The translations under genes and the position numbers were made by a program. Positions 18,801 to 25,900 of a DNA stretch of 32,000 bases are shown here, one piece after another (the first letter of the stretch is position 1; each line of letters begins with the position of its first letter). The notes under the pieces are model-generated. The model was given only the letters and a program-made list of their open reading frames with translations. It was not told the DNA's origin and searched no databases. Source of the DNA: Candidatus Nitrospira inopinata (GTDB lineage: Bacteria; Nitrospirota; Nitrospiria; Nitrospirales; Nitrospiraceae); NCBI RefSeq assembly GCF_001458695.1, contig NZ_LN885086.1, forward strand, positions 540,001-572,000, written 5' to 3'.

Positions 18801-19363
18801 ACCTGCTCGGCGGAGGGCTTGGCGGCGAGGTCACGGGCACGGGCGGCAAGGCCTTTCGCGTGGACCTCCGGATGGAAGCAGCGGGACTGGACACGAATCA
18901 CCTGCTGCCGGCGGGCGAGCAGATCCCCGGCGACAGTCTGATCGATGCCACCGTGACTGGAACCCTCGCCTTCGACGACCAACAGGGCCGCCTCGATTTT
19001 GGCAAGAGCGTATTGGACCTATCGCTCACCAGAATCGGGCGTCACACATTGGACCGATTGCTCCGGTTTCTCGACCCGACCGGCGGCAACCCGTCGATCA
19101 TCGGCGCCCGTTCCGCAGTGAAGCTGGCGAATCCAGCTTCCGTCCGCATCACGATGTCCAAGGGGCTGGTCGCCATCCGCATACGATTTCAGGAGGGACT
19201 GCTCTCCCGTTTTGAGATGGACCGAATTCCAGCGGGCCAGATGAAACAGATCCGCGACCTCACGGCGACCATCCCACAATGGAACGATCTTCGTCGTCTC
19301 ATGGCCCTGTTGGGAGCAGAGCGATATGGAGTGGATCAAGCAGGCGGGTTTGTTTTAGAGTGA
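15806..19363 (+). CDS. AsmA-superfamily, YdbH-like intermembrane (inner-to-outer membrane) bridge protein
   Basis: N-terminal membrane anchor MKPLKILAVACVALLIILAGTVAAI followed by ~1150 aa of repetitive beta-rich sequence. The C-terminal part (..VHNLAMNLLGGGLGGEV..NHLLPAG..SVRITMSKGLVAIRIRFQ) resembles the YdbH C-terminal region as I remember it. A DUF1318/YdbL-like gene follows 4 nt downstream, as in the E. coli ydbH-ynbE-ydbL operon. Confidence 0.7.
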   Translation: MKPLKILAVACVALLIILAGTVAAIRFFFPADQIRKQLERTLSEHLQGTVRIAALEWELLHGIRLGNIEIERNGVPLARFDRLSLRYRLLPLLHGTVAVDELALIQADVFVDLALFPAPSQAEPPPRRDEPVVLPTLPLSVNIESIRIEHSHVTMVGHDDLRLTLRDVTLTSRLHAGPKTADLSGTLDIADIEAFVNQHRWRLPLHLAFTLSVDFPMERLVLERVEIRCDPVISLAATGRVDHLVSTPTVTFSVQESQLDLEGLVSLAQPFLPPPLAGARLAGTISPSLTIAGSQTDRGFDGAIRLDINGRDIRGSAPSFGLSLESTSFQVRTGEIPVHANRPGPIHADLSVNMTGITAGAASVRDLAFGLQADRSEAGRLAAHVTMKGLVSAALEPAGPRLSEPLTLDVETSGDETALSFSLTRVEATVGDLVSLVANGTVGPLGEAGKQAQEQRPFSLRAAVRSDAGKLFRALPPSLRQGFGLTAHGAPQTASLNVTGSLDADWRPLRAEATLSLDAADLHAVHVVSAEQRLEGTLDRLTLALRTAYHAKSESLKGTVDGLIRLSHLRQGTTATVGTVSVTLNGDINGRVGSDFAVRRLTASNRLTSEIRDVRYETPTMTGTFNHLTASAKAHGDLIDGPYVLNEARLTVGQLLDGRVSGTFNPRTQRFAFDIAVPSLNVAEIQHHMTGPAVESLAAVKPSGQLSMRIGGSGTIPTPDDVAQLTIPVQASAQVALQHVGGSFQGHGITGATGTISLSVEPPEQQSTKRQVITTSWKLKTDRLDLGGDAPVKHLENLALALDGSIESFDRLTLERFVLSADGLDASIDTELSGIKRFLNRKEGAPWLEGLGPLFVKSNLQATLDLDRFADAVRSFGVAGSGRAGLALVLNKKERGPLDVRVTVLPHRLSIAQREQHVEDLDGAIELRKVLQWMSPSDKQAREAEFRPTGLLPDLHLTAPARRDIRIRLVKAGPIEVRNLSGHLFLDQNRLVVHNLAMNLLGGGLGGEVTGTGGKAFRVDLRMEAAGLDTNHLLPAGEQIPGDSLIDATVTGTLAFDDQQGRLDFGKSVLDLSLTRIGRHTLDRLLRFLDPTGGNPSIIGARSAVKLANPASVRITMSKGLVAIRIRFQEGLLSRFEMDRIPAGQMKQIRDLTATIPQWNDLRRLMALLGAERYGVDQAGGFVLE

Positions 19364-19367
19364 TGGC

Positions 19368-19985
19368 ATGTTCAGAAAAACGACGGGCTACCAGTCGCCG
19401 GAAACAACCACGTCATTGAGCCGGAACCACGGCCTACGGGTGGCCATCGTGACCTACGGGATCACACTCGCCGGCTGTGGCGGGCCGCTCGTTGGTGTGA
19501 CGATCGTCGATGAAAAGACCGCGCTGGAAAATCAGGTCCTGGGCACCTACCAGGAATTGAATCAGGAAGTGCTGCTCGTCGCCTCGGTCCGTTACATTGA
19601 CCCCTCAGGCAAGTTAGTGCCGCAGCCTCCCATCCCACCGAGCAAAGAAGCGGCCATCCGCGCCATGCAACGGTCGGCTTTCAACAGGGACGACATCGAC
19701 CGGCTCAAGGCGGAAGAGATCCTGGGCGAAAATCTGGAGGGGAGACTGAGTATTCTGGCCCTGGAGAAGGTTTCCGCCGATCGCCAGGCCTTCGTCAAAA
19801 ACCTCGTGGAGGAGGAAAACGCCGACCGAGAGACACTCATGCAGCGGGTCTTGACGACCAACGAGACCTTCACGCCACAGGACCTGCCGAAAATACGACG
19901 TACCTTCGCGGCCCTCAACCGAGACCGAGCCCGTTCCGGAGACTGGATTCAACGGGAAGATGGGCAATGGGTCCGCAAACCCTAA
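19368..19985 (+). CDS. Lipoprotein with a C-terminal DUF1318 (YdbL-like) domain and an extra N-terminal segment
   Basis: Lipobox ITLAGC. C-terminal LKAEEILGENLEGRLSIL...EENADRETLMQRV...RARSGDWIQREDGQWVRKP matches the remembered YdbL pattern (GxVGE..GYL ... R.ALY ... G.W.Q...G.WV.K). Confidence 0.65.
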   Translation: MFRKTTGYQSPETTTSLSRNHGLRVAIVTYGITLAGCGGPLVGVTIVDEKTALENQVLGTYQELNQEVLLVASVRYIDPSGKLVPQPPIPPSKEAAIRAMQRSAFNRDDIDRLKAEEILGENLEGRLSILALEKVSADRQAFVKNLVEEENADRETLMQRVLTTNETFTPQDLPKIRRTFAALNRDRARSGDWIQREDGQWVRKP

Positions 19986-19998
19986 TCTGAGATGGTCT

Positions 19999-22900
19999 AT
20001 GAATCCGGCGGCGAAACGGATTTGGCTCTGGGCCTTGCTGACACCGGCGTTGGCGGCAAGCCCAATCCAAGCAGCCGGTGGGGACGGCAATCCCGAACGG
20101 CTGACGAGCCATCCGGCACTGGAGTACGCCGGCTCGCCTTCGGCTGACGGCCGTTTTCTTGCCTTTGTCTCGGAACAGAACGGCAACGCCGACATCTGGC
20201 TCAAATCCTTGACCGCCGGGATCTCCTCACTGCCCCGCCCCTTGACGACCCATCCGGGGAAAGATACGGCCCCGGCCTTGAACGAGAACGGCTCTTCACT
20301 CCTGTACGTGTCCTATCGATCGGACCCCCGCGGGGACATTTATCTGTTGGATGTCCCGACCGGCAAAGAGACCAGGTTAACCGATGAGCGACATGGCGAT
20401 TTGGCTCCGGCGTGGGGTGGAGACAAGGCCATTTATTTCTTGCGGGAACAGGAGAACTCCGGCGACCGAAGTCTCGTCCGCCTCTCACTCAGAACCGGGG
20501 CCATCGAACCGATCATTGAACGGGTGACATCCTACGCCGTGGGGCCGAATGGCACCATCGTTCATTCAGACGGCCGCCGATTATGGGTTCGCCTTCCTTC
20601 CTCATCGTCCGCTCCGCGCCCCCTCACGAGCGGCGACGTCGTGGACACGTCACCGGCGTTTGTGGACGACACCACGGTCGTGTTCACCCGCTATCAAGAT
20701 GACACGAACGGCGATGGGGTCATTGACGCGGACGATGAATCGTCCATTTATCTTGCAAGCTGGGATAAGGCGACTGGAGCACGAACCAGCCTCTACCGCC
20801 TCACCCCGGGGCAGGAGTTTCATGCCTATCCGGCCGCGAGCGGCTCGTATGTGTATTATTCGGACTTGAAGAGAAAAGACATCTATCGGTTGAACCTGAA
20901 GGAGTTTTTCGCGATCTATGCCGATCTGGCGCGCGCTCGCGAATCCGCCGCGATCCTGCTGGATCGGGGCGAGACCGAAACGGCCCTGCTCATCCTCACT
21001 AACATCTCCGCCAATCTCGCTTTGCAACTGCCGGCGGCGGAACGGGCCTCGTTCGACTTGGCACTGGTGGAGCTGTTGCGCGACGCGCGACGGTACGGAG
21101 CCGCCAAGGGTCTCCTGGCCCGCTCTGCGACGGCCGAGCCGAACGTCAGCGGGAACCACATTGGACCGATCGCCCGGGTGACATTGTCGGTCGTCCGCAT
21201 CGAAGAACGGGCCGCTCTTATGAGCCCGCGCGAACTCACACGGGCTGTCGAGGAGACGAGCAAGGAGCTGTCGGCCCTCGCGCGGCAGAGCGGACAGGAT
21301 GACACCCTTCGAGGAACCGTTTTTCTGGAAATCGGCCGCCTCCGTTTGTTGACCGAAGACCCGCTAAGCGCACTCGACGCCCTGACCCAAGTCGACAGCG
21401 TCGCCAATGACGAACTGCGGGCACGGGCCCTCTTCACCAGGGCCTCCCTGTACCGCCGCCTCGGAGAGCGGGACAAACTCCTGCACGTCCTTCTTGACGT
21501 CATCGCTTCATTCGGCGACCGAAGCTTTTGGGGCCGGAGGGCTGCGGCTCAAGCCGTGGCGATTGCCGACGACCAGGAAGACTTCCGAAAAGCCATCGCA
21601 TCCCTCACGACATTGGCCGAGGCCCATCGAACCCTTCCCTACCTGGCTGCCTCCGCCCTCCTACGCGCGGCGGACCGTGCCTACGAACAGGGCGAAGTGC
21701 TGAGGGCTGTCGAACTGTTGGACCGGGTGATTCGGGAATTCCCTGAACAGACCGCCCCGGTCGCCGACGCCTATCGGAAGAAGGGCATGATCCTCACCTC
21801 CGCCCAGCGGTTTGATGAGGCAGCCCATGCTTATGAAGCGCTGGTGAACTTGACCGGTCACAGTCAGGAGGAGCTGGAACGGGCGAAAACCCTGATGGTG
21901 CTTCAGTTGGTGCGGAGCGCACTTCGAAAACGGGAACTCGGGGAGGTCCGGATCGCCGCGAAGGACCTGCGGCAACTCGTCGAAACCTATCCCGATTCGG
22001 TCGAGGCCCATCGCGGCTACATCGAGACGAAAGTCATGCTCAAGGAATGGGACGAGGTGCGACAGTTCTACGAGAGCCTCGTCAAACAGGCCCCCGACAA
22101 CCCGACCTCTCGCTATGGACTCGGTCTGGTCCTGTCCTACGCCCCTCAGCCTAATTTCAATCTGGTCATCAAGACGATCCAGGAAGCGATCCGGCTCAAT
22201 CCCAAGATCTCTTACTTCCATCAAACGTTGGGCTGGGCCCATGAACAGACCGAACGGCTGGGCACACGCCATGCGCTCGAACAGGCGGAAGCGGAATATC
22301 GCCTCGCTCTGGAGCTGAACGACGGCTTTCTCTTTCCCGAGGTCGAGAACAATCTGCTGTTGAATCTCGGCAACATCTACATGAAGCTCGGCAATTTCAC
22401 GGAGGCCTATCGCCATTACGCGCGCCGCAAGGGCGGAGGCGTCGCCGATCGGGATCGCATGCGCGAACTGCTCTATCACAAGAATTACGGCGAGGCCTGT
22501 TTCAAAACGGGGCGGACGGAGGAATCCACTGTCCAGTACGAACGGGCTCTGGCGCTCGTGCCCGATGATCAGCCTCAGCTTCGCGCCGAGCTGTTGGAAC
22601 GACGGGGGCTGTCGCAACAAGAGGCCGGTTTGCACGCGCAAGCCGTCGAGTCCTTTTCGGAAGCCCTGGCGATCAACAATCGCCTGGGCCTTACGGACAA
22701 TCTGGCCCGCTTGAGCAGAAATGTCGGCGTCAATCTCTACAACCTGGGCGCCACGGTCTCCGACGGATCACGGGTCCCCCTTAAACGCGCCCTCAAAAGT
22801 CTGCTGGAGAGCCTGGAGACCGTCGATCGATTCGGTGTTACACAGAAAGTGGCAGGACCGGGGCTGATTCAGATCCAGGTCGGGCTGGGCGGAAACGCCG

Positions 22901-25900
22901 GCGGAGCCGCCGCCGGCTTTGATCGGCGCGGGGAAGAAAAGCTCCTGTTCAGCTTCATCGCCCGTGCGTACGAAGACTTGTCGGAGCCTCAACCGGCCAA
23001 GGAATACTACGAGAAGAAATTGGCTCTGATCCAGCCGGCCGGCGACTCACCGCAGGCGGTCGCGGCCCGCGCCGAGGAAGCGGTGGTGCTCAACCGACTG
23101 GCCGTGCTGAGCCATGCGCTGGGCCAAACCGACGAGAGCATCCGATACCTGGAGCGATCGCTCGCCCGCACGCGCGAGCTGGGGTTGGACTACGGCACAA
23201 CGGTCAATCTCTATAACCTCTCCCGCCTGGCGGCGGAGCGCCGCATGGCTGGTGAGGCCATCACGCCCAACTTGATCGACATTCTCACCGAGGGAGTCCA
23301 GGCCTTACTCCGAGACTCACAGCCAGACCGGTTGACTCTCTTGCTTCTTTCCAACGTGGCCTTTGTGTTGGCAGCGATGGACGAAGGCACGGTACCGGCA
23401 GGCCAGCCATTGGAGCTGGTCGCCCAAACGATCCACCATGTCGCGCGCGCGCGCCAGGATGCAGTCACATTCCTGAAGCGAGCCCTGGACCTCATTGAGC
23501 AGCACAAGGTCCTCTCAGGCGAAGAAGCCGATCGGCTGAAACTGATCCTGGCTCTGAACCTGTGGGATTTGGCAACCCAGGCAGGCCATGCCCCCACGGT
23601 GGAAAAGCTGGATGGCCTCATCACCGCCCTGGCCGCACAACGGCCGTCTCCCTTCGCCTGGCTGCCTCTGTTTCTGAAGGCGGAACGAACCGCCGATCTG
23701 AACCAGCGAACGGCGTTGCTCACGGAAGCGGCAGGTACGCTGCTTCGTGATCCCTCCCACCTGTTCAGCACGGGTGGGCCCGACACTCTGCCGTTGTTGG
23801 ACGGCCTGGCCTCCCTCACGACCGAGGCCTTGATCAACGGCGGCCGTATCGAGACGGCATTCGAGCTCGGCGAGCAACTCGCCATGCGAAAAACGGCCAT
23901 GCTGCTCGCCAAACGGTTCGGGGTTGATTTTCTTCTCTCCCACATCGGCGACTACGAGACAGAGTTCCGCACTATTGTGGAACAGATGCAGGCTGCTGCA
24001 AGCGAGGGGCAGACTCAGGAACTGAACCGCCTCAACGAGCAATTTCGTGAATTGACCTTCGCTCTGTATGAAGACTATCCCTGGGCCGTGTCGTATCTGC
24101 ACGAATATGAGCCGGCGCCTCATGTCCTGTCCGATGTGCTTCGGCCCGATACCCCCTATCTCAAAGTCACACCTGGCGCTCACGGCCTTCACGTCCTTCT
24201 TCACAGCGGCGAGACGGTCCGCCATGTCCATCTGCCACGCTCTTCAAATCAACCGCCGAGCTTCGATGCGGTGGTATCGCTCCTTGAGAAGGCTTCGGCC
24301 ATCTACCTGTCCTTGCCGACACATCTGCGTAACGTCATCCTCCCATGGCTCCCCAAACATGCCACCCTCGTGGAGGTGGCGTCAGTGTATGATGTGGTGA
24401 ACGCCTACCGGCTTCGAACTCTGTTTGCCTCCAGAGTCGCCATCGCCGGCGACGTGCCTTTCACCATGAAGGAAAGAGAGCCGGACAATACCTTCGTTCG
24501 GCTGACCGGCGACAGGACCCACGACAGGCCATTGTTGGAAAACCGGCATATCGTCGTCACCACGGGCCCCTACCACGACAACGGATTCGTCATCGGCTCC
24601 GACCGTGGTGTCCGTGAGCTGGTGCCCATCACAACCTTGGCAGGCAGACATCGCCATACGGCCATTCTGATGAACCATCGTGTCGATCCGGACACGATGC
24701 GGCTCATCCTGGCGCCGGCTCTGATCCGAGCCGGGTTCCCTCATATCCTGGCCACATCGGGAATGGCAGCAGGCGATCGGTCCGTCGCCGCAGACAAGTG
24801 GACACCGGACCACACACAGGCCTTCGTCATCTCCTATCTCCAATCGGTTCAATCCCAGCGAGTTGATCGCGCCGCGGCCGCTGCGCCGCGGGAAGTAACC
24901 AACCAGAAGGCCACACATCCTTCTTTCCGACTCTACGGCTACATCGGCATGACCCAGGAGGAAAAGGCCTCCTTCGCCGAATCCGAATATCAACGCGCCG
25001 TCTCCGACGCCGTGACAGCCTATCAAGCCAAACAGATGGAGATCGCCCTGCGCCGGGCGGAGGATGCCCTCTCCATCCTTCCCTTGACCAAGGCCGGTCA
25101 TGACTTTCCCAAATTGACCGAGTTGGCCGTGGAGGCGGCCTTCAAGATCGGAAACTACCGCGCGGCGGTAACACACCAGTCTCGGCTGGTCGAACAGCTC
25201 ACCACCACGGGAGATCAGGGGACCTTGGCGGAGGCCCGGTACCGTTTGGGCATCCTGTATTCCCGACTCGAAGAATTCCAACCAGCCCTGGTTCACCTTG
25301 AGGCCGCCATCAACGAGTGGCGGACGCGCGATGAACTGGACCGTTTGGCGGAGGGCGTCGCCACGTTGGGAGTGGTCAAGGAGAACATGGGAGCCTACCC
25401 GGAGGCGCTCGACGCCTTCGGACAGTCGTTTGAGCTGTATCAGGAACTGGGCGAGCCGTTGGACGTGGCGGCCCAGCATCGGCGGATCGGCCGCATCCAC
25501 TATCTCCGTCTGGGACGATATGAGCGGGCGCGGCATCACTTTGCCGCCGCGCTTGAGCAATACCGAAAACAGGGAGCGCGTCGTCTGGAGGCGGAAACCC
25601 TGTACGAGATCGGCCTCACTTATGACAAAATCGGTCTCTACGAGGAAGCGGACCGGCAGTACCTCGAAGGCCGCGCCATCGGCACGGAGTTGCAAGACTC
25701 AGCCCTTCTGGCCACCGGTTCGCTCTATCTGGCCAACACGGCCTGGTATCGAGGCCAGTATCAAGCGGCCTTCGACCATCTCGAAGCAGCGACCAAAGAG
25801 GCGGAACGGGCGCAAGACCCTCGACTCCCGATCATGATCGCGAACACGAGGGCGCTCCTGTACTGGACACTCCACGATCTCGACAAGGCCTTGGTCTATG

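Noticed and set aside
20101-20900. Reading the PD40 propeller as a genuine tolB gene of a Tol-Pal operon.
   Set aside because: It is fused in-frame to the TPR/CHAT protein, and no tolQ, tolR, tolA, pal or cpoB genes are adjacent. It is only the fold family that is shared.
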